Source: an uncultured bacterium (lineage in GTDB: Bacteria; Babelota; Babeliae; Babelales; Babelaceae). Taken from it: a stretch of 64,000 nt of DNA. Both the position numbers and the translations under genes were made by a program. Where the stretch lies: contig CAWFXL010000001.1 in the NCBI GenBank assembly GCA_963819815.1, positions 992,001 through 1,056,000 on the forward strand, given 5' to 3'. Below, one piece after another: positions 19,671 through 30,728 of this stretch; the stretch's first letter is position 1; every line of letters begins with the position of its first letter. The notes below the pieces were generated by a model, which was not told the origin of the DNA, ran no database searches, and worked only from the letters and a program-made list of their open reading frames with translations.

Positions 19671-20906
19671 GAAGCTTAGCAGGTCTTTTTGATGAACTTC
19701 TTGAGATTCACTGGTAACCATATTCTTAACGGTAACTACCTTTTTTGCTTGCTCGTCTGGTCCAATAATAAGCGCATACTTAGCACCCAACTTATTAGCC
19801 TGGCGCATCGAGCTTTTAATTGAATCACCCTCAACCAGCACTTCAGTGCAGAGATTGCGTGCCTGAAGCTCATCTGCTATGAGCAATGCTAACGTATATT
19901 GCTCAGGGCTGAGTGGCACAAGAGCATATAAAACTTTCTTACTTGGAAGGGGCAATTGGTCCTTAATCCTCTCAAGCATAAGAAGAATTCGCTCAATACC
20001 TAAAGACGCTCCTAACGAAGGCACATGATTTTTTGATCCAATCTCTTCAGCAAGAGAATCATAGCGCCCTCCACCACAAAAAGCATTCTGCGCACCAAGC
20101 TCAGTACTCACAAATTCAAACACGGTCTTATTATAGTAATCAAGACCCCGAACTAGATTAGGCTTATACGAGTACGAAACTGAAAGCTGTTCAAGGGTAT
20201 CTTTTAAAGTCTGCCATTCTGCACTACAGGCAGAACATAGATGATCTGCAATAAACGGTGCCTTTTTATAAATCTCTTGGCATGTTTCAACTTTACAATC
20301 AAAGATACGCATAATGTTACGCTCTTTGCGTACCTTGCAGTTCTCACACAGGGCAGTTTCATGCTTGTTTAAAAAGACATGGAGCTTTTTTTTATACTCA
20401 TCTCGGTCTGCCTTGCAGCCAAGAAAATTAATGAGAAGTCCGTAAGTATCAAGATGGAGCGTCTCATGAAAAAACCTATCGAGCATTTTAATAAGCTGAG
20501 CATCCTGATAAATAGAGACAGAACCAATAATTTCAATGGTCATTTGATGAAACTCTCTATAGCGTCCTTTTTGAGGCCGTTCATGACGGAACATAGGTCC
20601 CCACATAATAACCTTCCACGGAGTGAGCAGATTCCCCTCATTGAGAAATGCACGAACACAAGAAGCTGTCGCCTCTGGACGCAAACAAATAGTAGGATCA
20701 GCGACAAGCGTATACATCTCCTTAGAGACAACATCAGTTTCAAGACCGAGTGACCTTTGAAATAACTCTACTGGCTCTAAAACAGGCGTCGATATCTCAA
20801 TAAAATTATAGCACTCAAAATGTGCCTTCGCTTTATCGATCAGAAAGTTGAATAACGTAAGATCAAGAAAATCTTGCGTTCCCTTAACACGCTGAAACAT
20901 AGTCAT
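19659..20906 (-). CDS. hisS: Histidine--tRNA ligase
   Basis: LRPEATA, FRHERPQKGRYREF.Q, LVRGLDYY, GGGRYD, GIERI. Stop overlaps the convergent cdsA end by 12 bp. Confidence 0.97.
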   Translation of the reverse strand: MTMFQRVKGTQDFLDLTLFNFLIDKAKAHFECYNFIEISTPVLEPVELFQRSLGLETDVVSKEMYTLVADPTICLRPEATASCVRAFLNEGNLLTPWKVIMWGPMFRHERPQKGRYREFHQMTIEIIGSVSIYQDAQLIKMLDRFFHETLHLDTYGLLINFLGCKADRDEYKKKLHVFLNKHETALCENCKVRKERNIMRIFDCKVETCQEIYKKAPFIADHLCSACSAEWQTLKDTLEQLSVSYSYKPNLVRGLDYYNKTVFEFVSTELGAQNAFCGGGRYDSLAEEIGSKNHVPSLGASLGIERILLMLERIKDQLPLPSKKVLYALVPLSPEQYTLALLIADELQARNLCTEVLVEGDSIKSSMRQANKLGAKYALIIGPDEQAKKVVTVKNMVTSESQEVHQKDLLSFLTK

Positions 20907-21195
20907 CGCTCATCAAATACCGGGTGAATACTAGGTTAACCTGCTCTTACTCTACTCTCTTTGATGAAGAATGCAACTCTAGTCCTATTCTTTATTTCTA
21001 GAAGATGCGTCCTGCTGGGTCATTTCATCTCACGTCACTACTACCGTGCGAGCACCTTTAAACTTTTCAGGGAGAACTCAAAACGGGCTCACATTTTCGT
21101 TAGACACACTAGACCTGTTGCCATAAATCTTTGATTAGGTGCTTCTGATATACGTTTCAACATTTCTATAATTCTCCCAGGGCCCCTTTCCCCTT

Positions 21196-21282
21196 CTGCT
21201 CAAAAGGCATAAAATTGAGACTTGAGCAGTTTGCTTTGACATAATTAACTGCTCATGATATAATTATCTTCAACTTGAGCAG
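21196..21282 (+). promoter_or_regulatory. Consensus sigma70 promoter with two 7-20-7 inverted-repeat operators
   Basis: TTGACA 21236-21241, 17-nt spacer, TATAAT 21259-21264 with extended TG. CTGCTCA-N20-TGAGCAG at 21196-21229 and 21249-21282. Confidence 0.75.
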
Positions 21283-21291
21283 GGAGCGTGT

Positions 21292-22728
21292 ATGTCACAT
21301 TCTATTTTTATCGGTCGAAAACACGAACTAGAGCGATTAAAAGAGCTCCATAGTAAACGAGGCCCCAGTTTGGTGGTCATCAAGGGCAGAAGAAGGATAG
21401 GAAAAAGCCGCCTTGTCGCTGAATTTGCCGCTTCTTATACAGAAAATAACTTCTGGAGTTTTGCAGGCCTTGCACCACAGGATGGCGTTACGGCTCAAGA
21501 ACAAAGAGATCATTTTGCACGGCAACTGGCTTTATTCCTGAAAATACCCCCTTTGACCTTCTCCGATTGGAGCGATGCCTTTGAGCACCTATCACTCCAT
21601 ATTAAGAGTGGAGATATTATTCTTTTTGATGAAATTTCGTGGATGGGTTCGAAGGACTCAAGCTTTGTTCCTAAATTAAAAGCCTGGTGGGACAAGCAGA
21701 GGGCTCATCTTATGCTCGTCATTTGTGGTTCTGTATCAACGTGGATTGATGACAATATCCTAAAAAGCACCGCCTTATTTGGTCGCATTAATTTGAGTAT
21801 GACACTTGAACCTTTATCTATCCCTGAAAGCGCTGAGCTTTTGAAAAAAAAAGCGTTCAAGGGCTCCTATTATGATGTCTATAAGCTTTTAAGCATACTC
21901 GGTGGCATTCCATGGTATTTAGAGCAGGTCAATCCTGCTCTCACCGCAGATGAGAACATCAAGCAGCTCGCATTTGAGAAGAACGGTTTACTAGTACATG
22001 AATTTGATCGAATTTTTAATGATCTCTTTGACCGTAAGGGCACTACCTATAAGAAGATATTGGAGTCATTAAAAGATGGTGCAAAAACACTTAAAGAAGT
22101 GCGTCAGATGCTTGATTTCGCCCATAGCGGTACCCTCAGTGCCATGATGGGGCATTTGGTTACCGCAGGTTTTGTTCACAAGAATCTGCTATGGTCCTTC
22201 AAAACAACACATTCGCTCAAGCAGAGTCTCTATCGCATAAGTGATCCTTACATGAGATTCTATTTTAAGGTTATAGAGCCTAACTTACAAAAAATAGCTT
22301 CAGGAGGGTTTCAGGGAGTCAGTGTGTCTTCGATACCAGGCTTTGATGCTCATCTAGGTCTACAGCTTGAGTATTTATTGCTTCAAAATAGAACTCTGCT
22401 CATAAAAGCTATCGGTGTTGAACCATCAGATATTGTGCATGATGGGCCCTATCGACAAACCGCTACCACAACACACAAGGGTTGTCAGATAGACTACCTC
22501 ATACAAACAGCTAGCAAGAATCTCTTTATCTGTGAGTTTAAATTGAGCAGACGTGAGCTTGGCGCTGATGTAATGAGCGCAATGCAAGATAAAATCGATG
22601 CGCTGAAAGTTCCGAAGGGATTTGCGCCAGTTCCGGCACTATTTCACTTAAGTGGCGTGTCTCATGCGGTCTCAACAGCTTCCTATTTTTACCGTATCGT
22701 TGACATTGCGAGCTTTTTAGAAGAATGA
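21292..22728 (+). CDS. AAA ATPase (archaeal ATPase/DUF234 type) with wHTH and C-terminal PD-(D/E)xK-like domain
   Basis: FIGRKHEL, Walker A GRRRIGKS, Walker B ILFDE, LGGIPWYL, YRISDPY, QIDYL...ICEFK. Confidence 0.88.
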   Translation: MSHSIFIGRKHELERLKELHSKRGPSLVVIKGRRRIGKSRLVAEFAASYTENNFWSFAGLAPQDGVTAQEQRDHFARQLALFLKIPPLTFSDWSDAFEHLSLHIKSGDIILFDEISWMGSKDSSFVPKLKAWWDKQRAHLMLVICGSVSTWIDDNILKSTALFGRINLSMTLEPLSIPESAELLKKKAFKGSYYDVYKLLSILGGIPWYLEQVNPALTADENIKQLAFEKNGLLVHEFDRIFNDLFDRKGTTYKKILESLKDGAKTLKEVRQMLDFAHSGTLSAMMGHLVTAGFVHKNLLWSFKTTHSLKQSLYRISDPYMRFYFKVIEPNLQKIASGGFQGVSVSSIPGFDAHLGLQLEYLLLQNRTLLIKAIGVEPSDIVHDGPYRQTATTTHKGCQIDYLIQTASKNLFICEFKLSRRELGADVMSAMQDKIDALKVPKGFAPVPALFHLSGVSHAVSTASYFYRIVDIASFLEE

Positions 22729-22957
22729 GATTGAGATGAAGACGCCAGCAACGCGCGCTTCACCATATGTCATTTTTTGGTAAATGAGGTAGATATTTTT
22801 AGAAGAGCAAAGTTTTGCGTAGAAATTTTCGTAATCACGTGGTATATTGCCCTCTAAAGAATTAGTACGTAGCAGAAAAATGCTACGCTTGTGGTACGTA
22901 CCTTATTCGTTGAAGCAATACAAAGAGCAGTAATTCGCGACAAAAAAGGGACCTCTC

Positions 22958-24508
22958 GTGAAAATAAGCACACGCATAATCGTCATCTCTAGCATTCTGA
23001 GTTTCCCTCTGAATGCAGGCAATACTCATAGTCATAGCTTTTACTCATTACGCCCAAACTTCCAATCGGCGATGCCTGAGCGCATATCCCTGTTCAGGAA
23101 TGATCTTCTTGAAGAATGCCAAGGCTTTGGCGGCGCTCTAGAGCTTGTTCCTTATGGAGGAGTAACAACCCAAGATGGCCGCAATAAACTAGCTCGCTAT
23201 TTCCTGCCACCAGGTTGCACAACAACCTTCCTCTTTGTAAAAGAATACAATACGGAGCGTGAAAAAAATATTGCGAATACCGATGATGGTAACCCCCTTA
23301 AAAACTTAGAAGCTCGTAATTTTAATATTCGGACGCAACAAGAAACGTTTGCCAGTACGATCAGCATATTTCCTGAACAAGCGGTATTTGGGTTTGGTAT
23401 CTGCTACAAACAAACGCTCACCGCAAAATGCGATGGAACTCCCGGGTTTTGGTTTGAAATTTCTTTGCCTATTGAACGGGTAAGAAACCGCATGAACCTT
23501 AAAGAAGTAGTAGAAAATGATGGCGGCGGACCTATAGAAGGTCCTGGTCTTGATAATGCCCCCATAGTGGGCAATATGATTGAAGCACTGAAGCAATGCT
23601 CCTGGCATTATGGAAGAATCCTAAAAAAAGATCTTACTGAAACGGGTATCGCCGACGTCGAACTCAAGTTTGGGTACAACTCATGGGCCTGTGATACCTA
23701 CACCATTGCTACCTATGCTACCATCGTCATACCGACCGGTACTCGCGTCAGAAGCAGAACCCTCTTTGAACCTATTGTCGGAAATAATAGACACTTTGGG
23801 TTCAGCTTAGGGAGCAGTTATGCCTATGAAGTATGGTGTCGTGGATCCTATACGATTCAGATGTTCCTTGACAACAATACCCGCTATCTCTTTAGTAACT
23901 ACCAGGTACGCTCCTTCGACCCTATTGGAAAGCCTTGGGGTCGTTACTTGTCGACATATCGTGGTTCTGAAGAGGCCTTCCAAGCTCTCCAAACAAACAA
24001 TCAAAATAGCGGTACGAGTGGTATTAACATCTTTACCCAATGTGTTCGAGTAAGCCCTTACCTTGCTGGTTCGTTTAATACTGCATTTCTCTTAACGAGA
24101 CACTGCGATTGCACGTCATTTGAGTTTGAAGGCGGATACAACCTCTTTATTCGTCAGGCTGAAAATATCGACCTTGAAAGCTCAACACGAATAAGTGATG
24201 CCGCAATAAAGGGAATAAACGGGATGGGCTTCACTACCATTGCCCGAAATATAGCTGATAACTTCCAGGCAAGCCAGTTTGCCCTCAAAGAGCGCTATGC
24301 AACGCTCTCAAACTGCGACATCGATATAGAATCCGGTGCACACCCCGCTACTATTTCAAACACCATTTACGGTACATTAGGCTATCGTTGGGAACAAGAG
24401 TGTCCATACCTCGTCGCAATCGGCGGATCCTATGAATTTACAACTCTTGAGGTAAATGCAGCACCTGATAGGTGGTTGATTTGGGGGAAATTTGCTGTAA
24501 CCTTTTAA
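22958..24508 (+). CDS. Exported Cys-rich putative outer-membrane beta-barrel protein
   Basis: Signal peptide (PLNA), amphipathic strands, C-terminal WLIWGKFAVTF (terminal Phe beta-signal); 12 Cys. Confidence 0.65.
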   Translation: MKISTRIIVISSILSFPLNAGNTHSHSFYSLRPNFQSAMPERISLFRNDLLEECQGFGGALELVPYGGVTTQDGRNKLARYFLPPGCTTTFLFVKEYNTEREKNIANTDDGNPLKNLEARNFNIRTQQETFASTISIFPEQAVFGFGICYKQTLTAKCDGTPGFWFEISLPIERVRNRMNLKEVVENDGGGPIEGPGLDNAPIVGNMIEALKQCSWHYGRILKKDLTETGIADVELKFGYNSWACDTYTIATYATIVIPTGTRVRSRTLFEPIVGNNRHFGFSLGSSYAYEVWCRGSYTIQMFLDNNTRYLFSNYQVRSFDPIGKPWGRYLSTYRGSEEAFQALQTNNQNSGTSGINIFTQCVRVSPYLAGSFNTAFLLTRHCDCTSFEFEGGYNLFIRQAENIDLESSTRISDAAIKGINGMGFTTIARNIADNFQASQFALKERYATLSNCDIDIESGAHPATISNTIYGTLGYRWEQECPYLVAIGGSYEFTTLEVNAAPDRWLIWGKFAVTF

Positions 24509-24533
24509 ATAGAACATTTCTATAAGAGAGGTT

Positions 24534-26061
24534 ATGCATATGAATAAAGTACTACTATCCTTATTGGGAATATTTCTGCTTTCAGCAGAGATCATTAACT
24601 GCATGGATACCGATAGATTCCACCGTCTCATTGGCCAATACAATAAGAGAGAAATTACCAGCCAAAAGCTGATCGACGCCTATGATGAAATAGATTCAAA
24701 GGAAGTTCGACAAGATGCGCTTGCAATGCTAGACGCTCAAGAGACACCGATTGCTGAGCTCAGGGAAACAGCAGCCTATGAAGCTGAACTATTCGCCCAA
24801 ACTTTCGATACGCTCATTGGCATGTATAAAGCAGGAGAGCTTTCACGTGCACAGCTCATCCAAGCCTACGAGCTTTTCGAGACCGATGACGATAAGATCA
24901 TAGGAGAGCAACTATTACAAGTCTCACTATCAAAGTCTATCGATGAGCTCAAACAAGAAGAAGCTCATCAGAGCTCAAGATTTTCACACGGTCGCCAGAG
25001 AGGGTCGATAAGAGCGCACTCTAGGCAAACAGTTGTACCACAAGGAGCGTACCGCGTTGATCTGAATCGACCGGTACCAAATGTTCCTGCTGTAACAATA
25101 GCTAAAAAGCAACCTGGTCGTATGCAGAGACAACTTGGTAGAATCAGGGCACGTAATAAGCGTCAATACTTACCACAACAAAATCCTCCGGCAATGTCCG
25201 ATCAAAAGAAACCTTTACCAAAAGGCTCTTCAAAGCCTGAGGTGTCAAAACAACCTGTGAAAACAAAAGTTCCGAGACCTACCTTGCCCCAACGGACTGC
25301 AAAAGACGCAATCAGCACCAGGCATGAACAGACTGATATAGTCAATATTTTAAACCAAAATCTTGACCAGCATGACGAGCAAGAAAGACTGCGACAGGAG
25401 CTCATAGCTGAGGCTCATGATGGAGTGCAATCTCAAGATTCAGATGATGATATAAGTGACTCTGAAGCAGAAGATGAACAATCAAATCTCCAAGAAAGCC
25501 CTCGAGCTAACCCACTTGGAGGATATGCTTGCACAAGCACAATCAGAACGTAATGCTAAGCAAGTGCAAACTCCCGATGAGCTTAAAAAGAAATCTCAGA
25601 AAAAACAAAAGAATGTGCGCTTTAACCTACCTCCTGTAAACGCAGAGCAAACTCACAAAGAACACATAGAAGCGCTACGCAAGCAGGGGCAAGAATCACA
25701 TCGTCAAACAGCAGCCCCTTTAGAACGAGCGCCTGAAAGTCGCCTCTCAGAAGAGGTCACTGTGCATCTTACCCTGAGCAACCGCACTCCGGTATTTACC
25801 AAAGGTGCACAAGTTCTCAATCCAGTTATGAGCGATCTATTTAATACATCTATTACTGCGATTGATAGAGAAACGGTTAGCCAGTGGGGTCAGCAGCTTG
25901 CCACATTAGCAAGAACTGATGAAGATAGACAACGGGTGCTCAGACCAATTCTCACAGCTCTCAGTCAACCTCAGGCCCCTAAAAATCAGATTCGATTGCT
26001 TATCCAGGCTACCGTCGATGAGTTTGTAGATCGCCGTAAGTACCAAGAGCTTGCAGGATAA
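24534..26061 (+). pseudogene. Exported hypothetical protein split by an apparent +1 frameshift near 25518 (ORFs 24534-25553 and 25456-26061)
   Basis: Signal peptide, duplicated ~60-aa N-terminal unit, low-complexity P/K/D region. Removing one G from CTTGGAGGAT gives a continuous ...PRANPLEDMLAQ... reading. Confidence 0.6.
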
Positions 26062-26086
26062 ACTAAGACAAAACGAGTAGTTAACC

Positions 26087-26125
26087 ATAAGCCCTTACAG
26101 CAAGACTGTAGGGGCTTATTTTTTT
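26087..26125 (+). terminator. Rho-independent terminator
   Basis: ATAAGCCCTTACAG-CAAGA-CTGTAGGGGCTTAT followed by a T tract. Confidence 0.85.
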
Positions 26126-26337
26126 GCGAGGACACTCATTTGGAAAAGCTGGGATCCTTACGCAGAGCTTTACTGCGCTCAGGGAAGAATACTCCCGTTT
26201 TCTAAGTTCTTCTCGAATTCTGAGAAGAGCCCCCTATTAGAAAAAGAAAAAACACACAACACTATTTGCAAAAGCATCTCTACAGCGCTCATAGTAAGTT
26301 TCTAAGAGTTATATACAGAACCTTCCGGCTCATTTGG

Positions 26338-26580
26338 CTCATCTTCGACTCATTAACCCAAAGATGAGTCGAGTGAGTTGCATTTTAACTTTTTCAGCTC
26401 ACCCGACTCATGCAACTCACAAATTTGAGTCAAAGAAATTGTATTGAAATTTCTTCAATAATAAAGCTCCAAAGTCTTATGCAAATAAAACAGGACCCTT
26501 CCAACTCATCTTCAACTCATTTGACCTCAAAAATGAGTCGAGTGAGTTTGAATCTAATGTTTTCGACTCACTTGACTCAT
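26338..26580. repeat. Two ~75-bp imperfect direct repeats built of (A)CTCA/TGAG(T) half-sites
   Basis: Copies at 26338-26411 and 26505-26580; identical core ATGAGTCGAGTGAGTT at 26364 and 26533. Confidence 0.75.
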
Positions 26581-26623
26581 TTTTGCCACGATGTTAGAAT
26601 TATCTCAACCAATATGAGGAGTA

Positions 26624-27985
26624 ATGGAAATGCACTATCCCGAAAAAGAATCTTCAACGGTTGAATTTAAGGAATCGCTACCTCAAAACAATCAGATTGT
26701 AAAAACAGTTATAGGTTTCTGCAATCAAAAAGGTGGTAAGATTATCATTGGGGTCGACGATGATGGCACAATTAAGGGATTATCAAGTAAGGAAATAGAG
26801 TTTGCCCTACAGCACCTTGATCAAAAGATTTTTGAGGCAACATCGCCCACTATTATTCCACGCATTTATACGCAAGCAATAAATGATAAAACGGTTCTCG
26901 TCGTGGAAGTTTCTCCGGGTATGAACAAGCCCTACTTCTTAAAAAAAGAAGGCGTCGAGCAGGGAACCTATATCCGCTTAGGTCGCAGTACCATGCGAGC
27001 ATCACCAGACACCATCAAAGAGCTCCAATGGTCAGCTCAAGGTAAATCATATGATTCAATGCCTGTTTACACCGCCACATTAGAAGACTTAGATTCTGAA
27101 AAGATACGCAAGTTTCTCGATACGAGAAAAGGTGCGAAAGATACACCTGTAACATTTAATGATGCCCTTAAAGCATATAATTTAGCAATAGAAGAGCATT
27201 CAAGCATCTATCCTACAGTAGCTGGTATTTTGCTTTTTGGAAAAGACCCAGAGCGATTTTTTTCTGAGGCTTTTATCATCTGTACTGTATTTAAGGGTAT
27301 AGAAGGACGAGATGTTATTGCCACAAGAGATTGCTGGGGAACCCTATTCGATCAGTTAAAACGAGCAGAAGGCTTTATCCTCAGTCAACTTAATCGCTCT
27401 TATGCTTTTGATGGATTGCAACGCAAGGAGCTATATGAGATTCCTGAAATCGCAATCCGAGAAGCTCTTGTCAATGCAATAGTCCATAGAAATTATCATA
27501 TTAACGGGCCTACTAAAATCGCCATCTATGACAATCGCTTAGAAATTTTTAGTCCAGGTGGGTTTCCTGGAGAACTACATGAACATAACTTGCTCATGGG
27601 ACTTACCTATATTAGAAACAGAGTCATAGCAAAAGTATTTAGGGAATCTGGGTATAGCGAAAAACTAGGCACCGGCTTTAGAATTATTTTTTCAAGCTAC
27701 AAAGAATACAACCTACGACCACCAAGCATTATAGAAGGTGAAAACTTCGTCAAATGTATATTACCTCGACAAAAGCTTGAGTCAATACCTATCCAAACGG
27801 ACACCGTAGCAGGTTTAATACTCAATCTATTTGAAACTGCCCAATCGTTATCAAGCAGCGAGATAACTAACCTGTTAGACTTACCAAGAGCTACCATTGG
27901 TCGCAAACTAACTATGTTGGTCAAAAATGGCACTCTTGAAAAGACAAGATCTGGAAATGCTACACGCTACATCCGAAAATCGTAA
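26624..27985 (+). CDS. AlbA_2 (Schlafen-like) + RecG C-terminal/HATPase_c_4 + wHTH protein
   Basis: ESSTVEFKE, F.NQKGG.IIIGVDDDG, AIREALVNAIVHRNY, LEIFSPGG, RNRVIA, EKLGTG, C-terminal HTH; GAGGAG SD. Confidence 0.88.
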   Translation: MEMHYPEKESSTVEFKESLPQNNQIVKTVIGFCNQKGGKIIIGVDDDGTIKGLSSKEIEFALQHLDQKIFEATSPTIIPRIYTQAINDKTVLVVEVSPGMNKPYFLKKEGVEQGTYIRLGRSTMRASPDTIKELQWSAQGKSYDSMPVYTATLEDLDSEKIRKFLDTRKGAKDTPVTFNDALKAYNLAIEEHSSIYPTVAGILLFGKDPERFFSEAFIICTVFKGIEGRDVIATRDCWGTLFDQLKRAEGFILSQLNRSYAFDGLQRKELYEIPEIAIREALVNAIVHRNYHINGPTKIAIYDNRLEIFSPGGFPGELHEHNLLMGLTYIRNRVIAKVFRESGYSEKLGTGFRIIFSSYKEYNLRPPSIIEGENFVKCILPRQKLESIPIQTDTVAGLILNLFETAQSLSSSEITNLLDLPRATIGRKLTMLVKNGTLEKTRSGNATRYIRKS

Positions 27986-28062
27986 GCAAACTGCGACTGG
28001 AAAAATAGGTTTCTCAGAAAAGATAGCAAGAAGTAGGCTTTACCATAGTACTCAAACAGTAC

Positions 28063-30615
28063 TTAGGAACCTTTTCCACAGCACTTTTTGTATTTTTTCC
28101 CCGAGCCGCAAGGACAATCTTCATTGCGTCCTATTTTTTGCGAGACTGCTTGGCTCACCCCAATATCTCCTTCAGGATCATCAGGTCCAAGCATACTTAT
28201 TTCATCAAGCTCACGTTGACGTTTACGCTCAAGCTCATGACTATTAAAGTGCTCTACATTAAGATGGAAGATCAGGTTAACTATCTCAGTTTGCACCTGA
28301 CGCATCATGTCTTCAAACATATTAAAAGCTTCACGCTTATATTCAATAAGAGGATTCTTTTGGCCCCAACTACGTAAACTAATACCTTCTTTTAGATGAT
28401 CTAAGTTCAACATGTGTTGCTTCCAAGCCTGATCAATCGTTTCCATCATGATCCATTTATGAGCATCCTTGAACATGTGCTGCTTATCTGCATCCACCGC
28501 CTTGAGCTTATTCATTAGACTCATATGCAGAAAATCAATGAGTGCTATTCTGAGCGCTTCACTGTTGGGAACCTTTTGCAATCCTTCCTTTTCAAACTCA
28601 GCAGGCTTGATAGACGTAAGTTGAGATAATCGACTAATAACCTCGGCGATGCCTTCCTGAGTTACCGATCTTGATGGAATCGTTGTCGATACCACAAGAG
28701 CAACCACACGTGCAGCCATTTCTCGCACGATATCGAAAATGTTTTCTTCACCTTCAAGAATCTCGCGACGCACCTCATATACTACCGTACGTTGCTGATT
28801 AAGAACGTCATCGTATTCAAGTAAGTTTCGGCGAATATCGAAGTTATGCTTTTCAACTTTTTCTTGAGAACGTTCAATAGTTTTTGAGATAAAGGAAGAT
28901 TCGATAGTTTCAGTCTCGGTCATGCCAACTCGTTGCATATTATTCTTAATACTGTCACCCGCAAATATACGAATCAGGTCATCTTCAAGAGATATGTAAA
29001 AACGGGACTCACCAGGATCACCCTGACGACCAGATCGACCACGCAGCTGATTATCAATACGACGGCTTTCATGTCGTTCTGTACCTAATATATAGAGACC
29101 CCCAGCTTGTACCGATTCAGGCGTGAGTTTAATATCAGTACCACGGCCTGCCATATTTGTGGCAATGGTCACATGACCAGGCTCACCCGCATGCACAACA
29201 ATTTCAGCTTCGCGAGCATGATTCTTTGCGTTAAGCACATCATGGGGTATACCATACGTTGCTAATACCTCACTGAGCATCTCTGACGTTTCAATAGCGA
29301 TGGTACCGATAAGAACTGGCTGCCCATTTGCATGCCGATCCTTTACGTCTTCAACAATAGCCTTGTATTTAGCATTTTTGCTTAAGAATATCAGATCAGG
29401 CATATCTTTCCTGACCATAGGTTTGTTCGTTGGAACACTTATCACATCAAGCTTATAAATCTTATGGAATTCTTCTGCCTCGGTTAATGCCGTACCGGTC
29501 ATACCAGCGAGTTTCGTGTACAACCTAAAAAGATTTTGAAGGGTGATAGATGCTAACGTCTGAGATTCGCGTTCAATCTTTACGCCCTCTTTTGCTTCAA
29601 TTGCTTGGTGAAGACCATCGCTATAGCGCCTTCCTGGCAAAATACGTCCGGTAAATTCATCAACTATAAGTACTTCGTCATCTTTTACCACATATTCAAC
29701 ATCGCGCTTAAAAAGAACATGAGCTCTTAAAGCTTGATTCACATGGTGTAGGAGTTTCACATTCGCAAGATCATAGAGGTTATCTACGCTAAAGAAGCGC
29801 TCAATCTTATCGTTACCTACTTCAGTCAACAGAACTGTCTTATTCTTCTCGTCAACTTCGTAATCTTCATCTTTTTTCAAAGTCCCCATTGCACGATCTG
29901 CATCGACATATAGGCGACTACTTTCATCAGATGATCCAGAAATAATTAAGGGAGTTCGTGCTTCATCGATCAAAATCGAGTCAACTTCGTCAACAATCCC
30001 AAAGTTAAGTTCACGCTGCACATAATCTTTCAGACGGAACTTCATATTGTCGCGTAGAAAGTCAAAGCCAAATTCATTATTGGTTGCATAAACTATATCT
30101 GAAGCATAGACTTCTTTTCGCATTTCATCAGAAAGCGAGTTTTGTAGGATGCCAACACTTAATCCCAAATGATTAAATACGGGCATCATCCATTCTGCAT
30201 CACGACGTGCAAGATAGTCGTTGACAGTAACTAGATGGGAACCTTTTCCAGATAGTGCATTTAAATAGAGAGGTAAGGTTGCCGTAAGCGTTTTACCTTC
30301 ACCTGTTTTCATTTCTGCAATCTTACCTTGGTGCAGAACCATGCCACCAATCAACTGTACATCAAAATGGCGCTGCCCTAGTTTTCTGCGAGCAGTTTCA
30401 CGAACTACCGCAAATGCTTCTGGCAATAGCTCATCAAGCGTTTGCCCTTGGGCAAGACGCTCTTTAAAGTGAGGAGTCTTCGCCGCGAGTTCATCATCTG
30501 ATAACTCGAGCATACCCTGCTCTAATGAGTTAATGTAAGTAACTATCGGCTGCATGCGGCTCAGTTGCCGGGCATTATTTGTTCCAAAAAACCTTGCAAG
30601 TATCGATGCTATCAT
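28063..30615 (-). CDS. secA: Preprotein translocase ATPase SecA
   Basis: [77 protein letters not shown]. Start re-called at ATG 30615. Confidence 0.98.
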   Translation of the reverse strand: MIASILARFFGTNNARQLSRMQPIVTYINSLEQGMLELSDDELAAKTPHFKERLAQGQTLDELLPEAFAVVRETARRKLGQRHFDVQLIGGMVLHQGKIAEMKTGEGKTLTATLPLYLNALSGKGSHLVTVNDYLARRDAEWMMPVFNHLGLSVGILQNSLSDEMRKEVYASDIVYATNNEFGFDFLRDNMKFRLKDYVQRELNFGIVDEVDSILIDEARTPLIISGSSDESSRLYVDADRAMGTLKKDEDYEVDEKNKTVLLTEVGNDKIERFFSVDNLYDLANVKLLHHVNQALRAHVLFKRDVEYVVKDDEVLIVDEFTGRILPGRRYSDGLHQAIEAKEGVKIERESQTLASITLQNLFRLYTKLAGMTGTALTEAEEFHKIYKLDVISVPTNKPMVRKDMPDLIFLSKNAKYKAIVEDVKDRHANGQPVLIGTIAIETSEMLSEVLATYGIPHDVLNAKNHAREAEIVVHAGEPGHVTIATNMAGRGTDIKLTPESVQAGGLYILGTERHESRRIDNQLRGRSGRQGDPGESRFYISLEDDLIRIFAGDSIKNNMQRVGMTETETIESSFISKTIERSQEKVEKHNFDIRRNLLEYDDVLNQQRTVVYEVRREILEGEENIFDIVREMAARVVALVVSTTIPSRSVTQEGIAEVISRLSQLTSIKPAEFEKEGLQKVPNSEALRIALIDFLHMSLMNKLKAVDADKQHMFKDAHKWIMMETIDQAWKQHMLNLDHLKEGISLRSWGQKNPLIEYKREAFNMFEDMMRQVQTEIVNLIFHLNVEHFNSHELERKRQRELDEISMLGPDDPEGDIGVSQAVSQKIGRNEDCPCGSGKKYKKCCGKGS

Positions 30616-30728
30616 ATAAATCCTTTTTACTGTGTACAATACACCGTATTATACACGAATTTTTCAATTTCCTAAAGGTTAGGCTACGCTATTTCTTGAG
30701 ATTTTTTCAATACTTTTCAGAATTCTCT

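Noticed and set aside
26410..26664. 84-aa ORF across the repeat array
   Set aside because: Ser/Thr/His composition simply reflects the CTCA repeats; no SD or recognisable domain.
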